DNA of 57,285 nucleotides from a virus: IMG/VR virus record IMGVR_UViG_3300046057_000055, positions 1 to 57,285 of that record; one strand, 5' to 3'. Shown piece by piece: positions 51,055 to 57,285 of this stretch (position 1 is its first letter; each line of letters starts with the position of its first letter). The notes under the pieces were generated by a model. It saw only the letters and a program-made list of their open reading frames with translations, ran no database searches and was not told where the DNA came from. The position numbers and the translations under genes were made by a program.

Positions 51055-51253
51055 CGTCGCCCTCCTGGTCCGCCGCAGCGTCCTCGGGATCCTCGTCGAG
51101 GATCTCGACGATGTTCTCACGGCCGACGTCGACGTAGACCAGCGACCGGACGCGGATCACGCCCGAATCGCTGACGTCGACGACCTCGCCCTCGTAGGTC
51201 TCGCCGAACTTCTCGAACTGCACGGCGTCGCCCTCCTCGGGGAGCTCACTCAT
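51047..51253 (-). CDS. Hypothetical small acidic protein (68 aa)
   Basis: MSELPEEGDAVQFEKFGETYEGEVVDV... 8-nt overlap ATGAGTGA. Confidence 0.5.
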   Translation of the reverse strand: MSELPEEGDAVQFEKFGETYEGEVVDVSDSGVIRVRSLVYVDVGRENIVEILDEDPEDAAADQEGDDV

Positions 51254-51578
51254 CTCGATCATCCTCCTGGTCGGCGTCGATGTCGTGGAGCGGCGTCTCC
51301 AGCGCAACCCTCGATCGGGGGAATGCGTACGTCTGGTCCGTCCGGAGCGTGGCATCCGTCCGTTGGGGATAGACACACTCGACGACATCGTCGTCAGCCG
51401 GGTAGTCCTCGTTGTAATCTGCGACCGTCGCGGCGGTCGGCCCCTCGCCGTCGGCGATGTACTCATCGGCCTGCTCGACCGGCACGCCGACGACGAGCAT
51501 CGTCGCGCTGTCATCGTCGCCATCCTCGCGATCGGTAACGTGGTCGCCGACGTGGATCGGCGGCAGGTCCTCACGCAT
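51246..51578 (-). CDS. Hypothetical protein (110 aa), paralogue of the N-terminal domain of 44199..44696
   Basis: IHVGDHVTDR...MLVV...DDDVVECVY...TYAFPRSRV. ATG 51578 (ATGCGTGA overlap) is preferred over GTG 51587. Confidence 0.5.
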   Translation of the reverse strand: MREDLPPIHVGDHVTDREDGDDDSATMLVVGVPVEQADEYIADGEGPTAATVADYNEDYPADDDVVECVYPQRTDATLRTDQTYAFPRSRVALETPLHDIDADQEDDRDE

Positions 51579-51903
51579 CGGAATCACCCTTCCGAAGCTG
51601 CGCGGCGATCCGCGCGGCGTGACTCTCCGGTTCGTCGCCAGCGAGCGCCCGCTCGGCGTCGCGCCGGAGCGCCGCAGCGTCGCGGCCAGTCTCGCTCTTC
51701 AGGACGTACTGTCGGACGACGTCGTCGACCGTCAGCCGGAACTGGCTGTTCTTCGACGTCGAGTTCGCTCGATCGCGCGTCGAGAACCGCAGCGTGCCGT
51801 CGTAGGGGACGGGCTTGGCGGCCTCGAGGACGCGCTCGCCGTCCTGCTCGACCATCTGCAGCGTCCACCCGTTCGCCTCGTCGATCCGCTCGTACAGCGT
51901 CAT
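51571..51903 (-). CDS. Hypothetical protein (110 aa)
   Basis: ORF track. Confidence 0.5.
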   Translation of the reverse strand: MTLYERIDEANGWTLQMVEQDGERVLEAAKPVPYDGTLRFSTRDRANSTSKNSQFRLTVDDVVRQYVLKSETGRDAAALRRDAERALAGDEPESHAARIAAQLRKGDSDA

Positions 51904-52091
51904 CGCTGACCTCCCTTGGCGTGGTCGTCGTCAGCCGCCGCGACACCGCCGCCGGTCGCGGCCGCTTGCTCGGCCTCGCTGTCGGTCTCCAGGGCAGCCA
52001 TGTGCTCGGCGAGCGCCTCGCAGCGCTCCTGGATGTCGGCCGGGGAGACTGGCAGCTCGAACGTCAGCGTCAGCACGACCTGCTCAGACAT
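51900..52091 (-). CDS. Hypothetical small acidic protein (63 aa)
   Basis: ORF track. 8-nt overlap ATGTCTGA. Confidence 0.5.
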   Translation of the reverse strand: MSEQVVLTLTFELPVSPADIQERCEALAEHMAALETDSEAEQAAATGGGVAAADDDHAKGGQR

Positions 52092-52233
52092 CGGCGACCA
52101 CCTCGTCGGGCTCGACGTACAGTTTGTAGCCGTATCGGTCCTGTACTCGGAGCCGCCCCGTGTGGGTCTCGTGGAGCTTCGTGCATGGGTTGCGGCGATC
52201 GCGAAGCGACGGGACGCGGACGATCTCGGTCAT
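52084..52233 (-). CDS. Hypothetical small basic protein (49 aa)
   Basis: Hand translation MTEIVRVPSLRDRRNPCTKLHETHTGRLRVQDRYGYKLYVEPDEVVADV. Confidence 0.4.
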   Translation of the reverse strand: MTEIVRVPSLRDRRNPCTKLHETHTGRLRVQDRYGYKLYVEPDEVVADV

Positions 52234-52613
52234 CGCTGGCCCTCCCCGTCGGCGTCGAGTGCTCGCTCGACGATGCCCCAGATCGTCATGGTGTCGATCT
52301 GCGTCAGCGCTCGATCGTCCCAGCCACGTTCGCCGGCGACGTACGCCATCCAGCGCTCCAGAGTGTCAGTTGTCACGCCGGCTTCGATGTGGTCGACGGT
52401 GTCGGCGTCGATCTGCCGGTAGATCACGACGCCGCGCTCGACGTCCTGGCCTTGATCGTCGACGACCAGCACGCGCTCGGCGTCCGCGTCGTGGTGGTGA
52501 TGCCAGCCTTCGCCGTCCTGGCCGAGGTAGGTCAGGCGGTGGCCGCCACGCTCGAGCTCCAGCCCGTCATCGTCGCCGGCGTCGGTCGTGGACTGCATCG
52601 CGTCGGCGCTCAT
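52230..52613 (-). CDS. Hypothetical acidic protein (127 aa)
   Basis: MSADAMQSTTDAGDDDGLELERGGHRLTYLGQDGEGWHHHHD... ATG 52613 chosen. Confidence 0.5.
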   Translation of the reverse strand: MSADAMQSTTDAGDDDGLELERGGHRLTYLGQDGEGWHHHHDADAERVLVVDDQGQDVERGVVIYRQIDADTVDHIEAGVTTDTLERWMAYVAGERGWDDRALTQIDTMTIWGIVERALDADGEGQR

Positions 52614-52957
52614 GCAGATTCCTCCGTGGTCGCGACGTGCTCGCCGAGCAGCGGATCGGCGTCGATCGTCTCGGGAACATCGCGCTCGCCAGTCGCGAAG
52701 GCGACGCGGCGTAGGTGCTTGCACTCGACGTCGCGGTACTCGTGATCTGGACACTCGCACTCGCCGCGCGTGGTGTTCACGAGGTACTCCTTGCCCGACG
52801 CGCTGACAACCAGGTACTCGTCCTCGTGGGCGGCGGCGCGGTCCAGATCGCCGAGCACGGTCAGGCACTCCTCCAGGGCGCGCAGGTCGCGCTCTTCGAG
52901 GCCAGTTGCTTGCGGTTCATCCGAAACGGTTTCGTGGGTTGCGTTGGTAGTCGACAT
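52610..52957 (-). CDS. SWIM zinc-finger protein (115 aa), first gene of the minus arm
   Basis: CECPDHEYRDVECKHLRRV (CxCxnCxH). Confidence 0.65.
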   Translation of the reverse strand: MSTTNATHETVSDEPQATGLEERDLRALEECLTVLGDLDRAAAHEDEYLVVSASGKEYLVNTTRGECECPDHEYRDVECKHLRRVAFATGERDVPETIDADPLLGEHVATTEESA

Positions 52958-53064
52958 TGCTTCTCTCAGGAAGCAGGTCGGCGGTGTTGGAGCACCGCCG
53001 GCCGGCAGTTTTCTGCCGACCGTCCCTGCCTCACGAATACATCTTGTACGCCCGCCTACTTATA

Positions 53065-53081
53065 ACTAACTATTAGTTAGT
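53065..53081. promoter_or_regulatory. 17-bp palindrome actaacta-t-tagttagt inside the AT-rich divergent control region
   Basis: Perfect 8-bp arms. By hand count, 53061..53130 is about 27% GC (19 of 70 nt) in an otherwise GC-rich genome. Lies between the two divergent gene arms. Confidence 0.65.
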
Positions 53082-53136
53082 ACATTTGGTGGTAATAGTA
53101 GATACTTATTAGTGGTTGGAAAAGAAAGTTACCACC

Positions 53137-53565
53137 ATGGCGGTAAAACACCAGTCAGTGCTTGAACCTCGACAACTGAATGACGCCGACGAGGCGATCT
53201 TGGACGCATTGCGGGACGGCAGGGCGACGCCTGGCTACCTGAACGACCTCACGGGCGTGGAACAGACGTACATCAACCAGCGGCTGAAACGGCTCGGCGA
53301 GCATGAGCACGTCGAGAAGCTTGTGCGAGGGCTGTGGGAGCTCACCGACGACCCGCGCGAGGACGTCGGCTCCGGGACGATCCGAGTCAATGCCGATCGG
53401 CTTCACCAGCTCCTTGACGGCCCACGTCAGGGCGCCACTGAGACGATCCCCGTCGACGGCGAGCTGCTCAACGACCTTCTCGACGCATACGAGCGCGACG
53501 ACCCGGACGCGATCCGGGACGCCGTCGAAGCCCTCTGCGAGGGCTATGGTGATACCGATGGGTGA
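53137..53565 (+). CDS. Winged-helix DNA-binding regulator (142 aa), first gene of the plus arm
   Basis: ILDALRDGRATPGYLNDLTGVEQTYINQRLKRLGEHEHV. ATG 53137 is preferred over TTG 53116. Confidence 0.65.
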   Translation: MAVKHQSVLEPRQLNDADEAILDALRDGRATPGYLNDLTGVEQTYINQRLKRLGEHEHVEKLVRGLWELTDDPREDVGSGTIRVNADRLHQLLDGPRQGATETIPVDGELLNDLLDAYERDDPDAIRDAVEALCEGYGDTDG

Positions 53566-53731
53566 CACTGGAGAGCTGGGCGCGGCCGTGCTACTGACAA
53601 CGCTTCTCGGCGCCGCCGTGTATGGACTCGTCTACGCGTTCGCGCCGGAGCATCTTCTGCCGGCGATGGGGTTCGTCGGGCTGCTCGGCGTTGGATTCGT
53701 ACTGATGGCGTGGGGTGACGATGACGACTGA
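53558..53731 (+). CDS. Small two-helix membrane protein (57 aa)
   Basis: MGDTGELGAAVLLTTLLGAAVYGLVYAFAPEHLLPAMGFVGLLGVGFVLMAWGDDDD. 8-nt overlap ATGGGTGA. Confidence 0.5.
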   Translation: MGDTGELGAAVLLTTLLGAAVYGLVYAFAPEHLLPAMGFVGLLGVGFVLMAWGDDDD

Positions 53732-53948
53732 ACCGCCTGCTATCGATCCAGAAAGCCCGGCGCTCCAGTACCGCGTCCTCGATCGCGGCGACGTCTGGGT
53801 GCTCGAGCGAGCTGCCCCTGGCTATCCCCGGACGCCGGCCGAGAACCAGGCCGTTCGCGAAGCGCGATGCCGACGCGATCGGCAACGTGAGCAAGAACGC
53901 TCCGCTGCTGATTCCCGGTACCCGGAAGGTGGCTCCGATGGACAGTGA
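53721..53948 (+). CDS. Hypothetical protein (75 aa)
   Basis: ORF track (53715 is a GTG alternative). The C-terminus is R-rich, so confidence is lower. Confidence 0.4.
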   Translation: MTTEPPAIDPESPALQYRVLDRGDVWVLERAAPGYPRTPAENQAVREARCRRDRQREQERSAADSRYPEGGSDGQ

Positions 53949-54066
53949 GCACTACTGCGGGCTGCCCGCCATGTCTCCTGGCGACGAGTGGACGTGCCCG
54001 ACGTGCGGCCAAGACTGGGTTGCGGACGATCAGGGTGTCTGGACAGGAGGAGGCTCCGATGCGTAG
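53938..54066 (+). CDS. Zinc-ribbon-like mini-protein (42 aa)
   Basis: Hand translation MDSEHYCGLPAMSPGDEWTCPTCGQDWVADDQGVWTGGGSDA. GGAAGGTGG lies upstream. Confidence 0.45.
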   Translation: MDSEHYCGLPAMSPGDEWTCPTCGQDWVADDQGVWTGGGSDA

Positions 54067-54271
54067 CCGCGGGAGGGCGCTTGCTACCGAGCACGATGTG
54101 CCTGACGAGACGGTCGTCTATCGACACATCGAGACTGACACCGAGGTCAAACTCATCTCCCGAAGCGACGACGTCTACCGATTCCGCATCGCTGGCGAGC
54201 GGACGATGGAGCTCCCGACAGAGGACTGGCCGACCTACCGGCAGTTTCTGGAGGTCGATCGGTATGTCTGA
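54059..54271 (+). CDS. Hypothetical protein (70 aa)
   Basis: ATG 54059 is preceded by GGAGGAGG. Begins MRSRGRALATEHDVPDETVVYRHIE... Confidence 0.5.
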   Translation: MRSRGRALATEHDVPDETVVYRHIETDTEVKLISRSDDVYRFRIAGERTMELPTEDWPTYRQFLEVDRYV

Positions 54272-54506
54272 GGGCGGAGTTGAACGCGAGAAGACCCCCG
54301 ACGAATGTGAACTCTGCCGACTCGTCGGCTATCGCGGAGACACCATTAGCGAACCTGAAGGGATGGTGATTGTAGCCCGTGAGGACGGTGGAACGAAGAT
54401 AGTCCACTGTTGCGAAGGGTGTTCTGACGAGGTGTTTTCTGCACCCGTCTTCTGCGAATACGACTGGTCGGTAGAGCCGGAAAATCAGCAGGAGGCAGAC
54501 CGATGA
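54264..54506 (+). CDS. Cys-rich zinc-binding protein (80 aa) with junction-module head MSEGGVERE
   Basis: CELCR...HCCEGC. 8-nt overlap ATGTCTGA. Confidence 0.5.
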   Translation: MSEGGVEREKTPDECELCRLVGYRGDTISEPEGMVIVAREDGGTKIVHCCEGCSDEVFSAPVFCEYDWSVEPENQQEADR

Positions 54507-54832
54507 CTGGTCAGTCTACGGACGGTACTGAACGATCTGAGGGCGAACTGCTCCCGCCCCGCGACGGGGAGATCAACACGATCCCGGATGTCGAGTCCGG
54601 CGACAAGATCCGGGTCCAGTCGGTGTACAACTCGGACCCGAACCGAAATCTCACAGTCAGCGAGGTCCCCCGGGAGGATACAGTCATCCTCGAAGGGTAC
54701 GGGACTGAGTACGTCCTATCCGCCGACGACGGCATCAACTTCCGCAGAGTCTACCTCCAGTGGCAGTCCCGTCCGGAGGGCGTGCCCATCGCAAACGTCG
54801 AAGTCCGCGAGCGGGGTGGTCGAGATGTCTGA
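54503..54832 (+). CDS. Hypothetical protein (109 aa) with head MTGQSTDGTERSE
   Basis: ORF track. ATGA overlap. Confidence 0.55.
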   Translation: MTGQSTDGTERSEGELLPPRDGEINTIPDVESGDKIRVQSVYNSDPNRNLTVSEVPREDTVILEGYGTEYVLSADDGINFRRVYLQWQSRPEGVPIANVEVRERGGRDV

Positions 54833-55043
54833 AGACGGTGCTGACCGAGAGAGGATCCTTAGGACGTGTCCCGGATGTGGGACTGAGATGGATGTGTCGG
54901 ACGGGCCGTATATCTACATTGGCTACCATCTTCCCCCGGGTGACGGAGGGTTCTGCTGTTCATCCGAGTGCGCCCACGACATCATCGACAACCACTCACT
55001 ACGCACGGGAAGCGACCACAACGGAGGCGATCGCGATGTCTGA
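54825..55043 (+). CDS. Zinc-ribbon protein (72 aa) with head MSEDGADRER
   Basis: CPGCG...CCSSEC. 8-nt overlap ATGTCTGA. Confidence 0.5.
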   Translation: MSEDGADRERILRTCPGCGTEMDVSDGPYIYIGYHLPPGDGGFCCSSECAHDIIDNHSLRTGSDHNGGDRDV

Positions 55044-55065
55044 GGACGGTACTGAACGCTTCACC
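55004..55065 (+). repeat. Junction-module repeat, copy D (62 nt)
   Basis: cacgggaagcgaccacaacggaggcgatcgcgATGtctgaggacggtactgaacgcttcacc. Matches 56170..56232 in 58 of 64 aligned columns (hand alignment). Confidence 0.85.
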
Positions 55066-55200
55066 GACAAAAAGTGCGGGCACTGTGGCGGGGCGATGAA
55101 GACAGACGGCACCGACCTGTGGTGCCCTCACTCCCACGGACGGGGACAATCAGCAGACACGAGAAGTGACGGCTCAACGGAGGCGAGAGGCGATGAGTGA
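55036..55200 (+). CDS. Zinc-ribbon mini-protein (54 aa) with head MSEDGTERFT
   Basis: CGHCGGAMKTDGTDLWCPHSH. 8-nt overlap ATGTCTGA. Confidence 0.5.
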   Translation: MSEDGTERFTDKKCGHCGGAMKTDGTDLWCPHSHGRGQSADTRSDGSTEARGDE

Positions 55201-56203
55201 TCAATCCACGAGCGGTACTGACCGATTCCGGAAGCAGGCCCCGAAGCTCGTTGACGGGCAGCATCCGAGTTGGTACTGGCTTGTCTCCGGTGGCATCGAC
55301 TCGGTCGCCGCGTACCTCCTGACGAAGGACGCGATGGACGAGAACTACGGGAAGCGGCCGCTCATGACCTATCTCGAAACGAGAATCGGTCTCCCGTTCA
55401 ACCGGCTGTACGTCGAAGAACTGGCCGACACCTACGATGAACAGTTGTGGGGACTCCGGACCCACGAGAAGATCGAGGACCGGATAGCGAAACGTGGGAA
55501 GTACGCCGACCGTGACGACGCCGGACCTCCCGGAGCGGCCCAACACTCAGAAGTACAGAATGAAGTGAAGGGTCGGCAGCGCGAAACGCTGGCGAACCGA
55601 GACCCGGCTACGATTTACGTCACCGGCATTCGTGCAGATGAGTCCGAGGAACGGGCAGCCCACCCTAAGGGAGAGGTTTCCGGTGGTATTCGCTACGTCA
55701 AGCCCGTCTACGAACTCACGAAGAAAGAGTGCGCTGAAATAATCCTACGGCATCCAGAATGCCCGATTAACCCGGGCTGGTGGTGGAACCACTACACTGA
55801 CTGTGGGTGTTCTGCCAACGGAGATCCCGGTGAGAACGATACCGTTCAGAAGCGATTCCCCGCTTTCGGGCAGCGAATCCGCGAGTGGGAAGAAGCCATC
55901 CCCGGCGAAGGGCTACGTTCGATGCTCGGTTGGGACGGCCTGACAGCCGAGGAGAAACGGGCACGCAAGAGCGGCCAGAGACAACTGTCCCTCTGTGGCG
56001 ACGGCTGTCAGAGGCGGGTCCCTACTCCGATAGAGCAGGCGTTCAAGGCCCGAGCGTTTGGCGCATCCGTCGAAGAGGCTGTGGCTATCCTGCACGAGGA
56101 AGTCCAGCCATGGAGGGAGTTCCCGGACTTAATTCCGGCAACTGACGGAGGAACCAGCCGTTGCGTAGACACGGGAAGCGACCGACAAGGAGGCGATTCG
56201 TGA
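55193..56203 (+). CDS. PAPS-reductase-like PP-loop ATP pyrophosphatase family protein (336 aa)
   Basis: PP-loop SGGIDS (WLVSGGIDSVAAYLL) and GIRADESEERA. C-terminal Cys cluster (DCGCS, CGDGC). Head MSDQSTSGTDRFR. Confidence 0.75.
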   Translation: MSDQSTSGTDRFRKQAPKLVDGQHPSWYWLVSGGIDSVAAYLLTKDAMDENYGKRPLMTYLETRIGLPFNRLYVEELADTYDEQLWGLRTHEKIEDRIAKRGKYADRDDAGPPGAAQHSEVQNEVKGRQRETLANRDPATIYVTGIRADESEERAAHPKGEVSGGIRYVKPVYELTKKECAEIILRHPECPINPGWWWNHYTDCGCSANGDPGENDTVQKRFPAFGQRIREWEEAIPGEGLRSMLGWDGLTAEEKRARKSGQRQLSLCGDGCQRRVPTPIEQAFKARAFGASVEEAVAILHEEVQPWREFPDLIPATDGGTSRCVDTGSDRQGGDS

Positions 56204-56232
56204 TGTCTGAGGACGGTACCGAACGATTCACC
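56170..56232 (+). repeat. Junction-module repeat, copy F (63 nt)
   Basis: cacgggaagcgaccgacaaggaggcgattcgtgATGtctgaggacggtaccgaacgattcacc. See copy D. Confidence 0.85.
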
Positions 56233-56309
56233 CCAGTTGTCGGGTACAGGCTGTACCGATACCTTTATGGTGTAGGGGGTACAAGTTGTGCATGTAGGAG
56301 GAAGACACA
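56203..56309 (+). pseudogene. Orphan start: a 5' gene remnant (MSEDGTERFT...) with no credible downstream coding frame
   Basis: After the repeat, the frame continues as an R/S/T-rich shadow ORF to 57063. It overlaps two well-formed acidic genes that lie in other frames. Confidence 0.4.
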
Positions 56310-56657
56310 ATGTCCGACATCACCCACCTCGTTGACGAACCGACCGTGGTCGAATCTGATGGTAGCGTCGAAGTCGACCGCTGGCAGAAATACGGCCACG
56401 ACCGCCTCTACCTGGATGTCGGGACGGGTCATGCAATCCCCCGCGCGGCAGATTCGTACATCAACCTGCAGGAAGGCGAGGTCGTCGTTGACATGCCCGA
56501 CCACATCAGCCGGTCGCCCGATGTCCGCCTGGATGTCGACAGCGACGGCGTCGCCACGGTCACGAAGCACTGGGGCGACGACAACAGCAAAGCCATCTTG
56601 GTTATCGACCTATTCGGAAATGGTCGGGAGGTCGCTGCGCCGGAGGTTGGGGCCTAA
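56310..56657 (+). CDS. RWQK-G-DRLY domain protein (115 aa), paralogue of the N-terminus of 2563..3534
   Basis: VEVDRWQKYGHDRLYLDV...YINLQEGEVV...VRLDVDSDGVATVT. AGGAGG lies upstream. Confidence 0.65.
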   Translation: MSDITHLVDEPTVVESDGSVEVDRWQKYGHDRLYLDVGTGHAIPRAADSYINLQEGEVVVDMPDHISRSPDVRLDVDSDGVATVTKHWGDDNSKAILVIDLFGNGREVAAPEVGA

Positions 56658-56659
56658 CG

Positions 56660-56977
56660 ATGGCCGAGTACGTTTGCCCCTTCTGCGGAGACACGAACGC
56701 CGAGTCGTCGGACTCGGAGGAACTAGACCTTATGATGGAGTGCCCGCGCTGTGGTGGCACGCATCTGCATCGGCGGTATCCAGACGCGCTCGACGAACTC
56801 TCCGCGCAAGACTTGGCCGAACTCATCGACGACGGACTCACATGGCCCGAGGCGGGCGACTACCTGATGACCGAAGTCGGCCCCTTCTCGCAGAATCGCT
56901 GGGCGGTTCGCCGAGACGTCAATCAACAGTCGATCAGCGAGAACGTCGCCAAGGCCCGCGACAAGATCGACGAGTAG
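56660..56977 (+). CDS. Zinc-ribbon plus C-terminal HTH-like protein (105 aa)
   Basis: CPFCG...CPRCGG. C-terminal VNQQSISENVAKARDKI. Confidence 0.6.
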   Translation: MAEYVCPFCGDTNAESSDSEELDLMMECPRCGGTHLHRRYPDALDELSAQDLAELIDDGLTWPEAGDYLMTEVGPFSQNRWAVRRDVNQQSISENVAKARDKIDE

Positions 56978-57052
56978 ACTTTCGTTCACTCCGTCGGACG
57001 CGAAACGACCGTTCAGTATACACGGGCACTGACCGATCTGGCGAGGGAGACC

Positions 57053-57277
57053 ATGCCAACTGAGCGCCTCGAGGACGTCGACGACAAGCGACTCCAACGG
57101 ACGGTCGCCCGCTACGAGGCAGAGGAGCTCACGCTTGCCGAGGCCGCCGCCGAGGTCGGCGTCTCGAAGCTCACGATGCGCCTGTATCTCGCCGACCAGG
57201 ACGTCGAGCTTCGGATCTGCCCGGAGAGCATCGAGGAGATTCAGGCTGGTGTTGAGGCAATGCGTTCGGACGAATAA
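57053..57277 (+). CDS. Small HTH protein, UPF0175-like (74 aa); its 3' end lies inside the terminal repeat
   Basis: LTLAEAAAEVGVSKLTMRLYLADQDVEL. Confidence 0.55.
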   Translation: MPTERLEDVDDKRLQRTVARYEAEELTLAEAAAEVGVSKLTMRLYLADQDVELRICPESIEEIQAGVEAMRSDE

Positions 57278-57285
57278 CTACGTTC
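57231..57285. repeat. Terminal direct repeat, copy 2 (identical to 1..55)
   Basis: See copy 1. Confidence 0.95.

Noticed and set aside
56203-57063. The 300-aa ORF-track ORF 56161..57063 as a real protein-coding gene.
   Set aside because: Only its first 10 codons (the repeat copy) look coding. The rest is basic R/S/T-rich sequence that overlaps two acidic genes with their own SD and ATG. I treated it as an orphan start or remnant.
1-57285. Integrase, transposase, reverse transcriptase/DGR, CRISPR array, restriction endonuclease partner genes, rRNA, DNA polymerase and MCM helicase.
   Set aside because: I found no recognisable catalytic motifs or repeat architecture for any of these in any frame. 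Absence by eye is weak evidence and needs HMM confirmation.

Overview
The window is one complete replicon. Its two ends are an exact 55-bp direct repeat, so the unique length is 57,230 bp and the molecule is circular or terminally redundant. It is high-GC and encodes strongly acidic proteins, an Orc1/Cdc6 initiator, Tat-lipobox FxLYD lipoproteins and an HVO_A0114-type regulator, all of which point to a haloarchaeal host.

The content is a tailed, HK97-type, siphovirus-like virus that also carries plasmid functions, which suggests an episomal plasmid-prophage:
- It has a ParA partition cassette, Orc1/Cdc6 and a 1112-aa zinc-ribbon/wHTH protein.
- I found no integrase, transposase, reverse transcriptase or CRISPR array.

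Genes form two divergent arms that leave an AT-rich palindromic region at about 53.0-53.1 kb and converge at 8460/8467.
- **Minus arm (52957 down to 8467):** an early block of small genes, Orc1/Cdc6, a divergent RHH switch, a PadR regulator, Dcm and Dam methyltransferases, the large Rep-like protein and a tRNA-like gene. These are followed by three membrane proteins (a lysis candidate), an HNH endonuclease, two small-terminase-like genes flanking a ParB-methyltransferase, and TerL. The arm continues with a portal (with KTSC and an ADP-ribosyltransferase-like C-terminus), protease-scaffold, major capsid protein, connectors and the major tail protein. It ends with G/GT chaperones using a GGGAAAC -1 frameshift, a tape measure protein and FN3/glycine-rich fibers.
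- **Plus arm (53137 through the closure point to 8460):** a wHTH regulator, many small zinc-ribbon genes, a PAPS-reductase-like PP-loop enzyme, ParA, an HNH-RHH fusion and a LAGLIDADG endonuclease. It finishes with an accessory island holding a DUF6516/wHTH toxin-antitoxin-like pair and two FxLYD lipoproteins.

The most unusual observations are:
- conserved junction modules at consecutive gene boundaries, including two copies about 91% identical over 62-63 nt that bracket the PAPS-reductase cassette and leave an orphan start codon;
- the portal C-terminal R-S-E ADP-ribosyltransferase-like motif set;
- a holin/SAR-like membrane trio;
- a tRNA-like gene with an expanded anticodon region;
- an ~87-bp palindrome centred on a TATA box.

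All functional calls come from reading motifs by eye. No database search was run.
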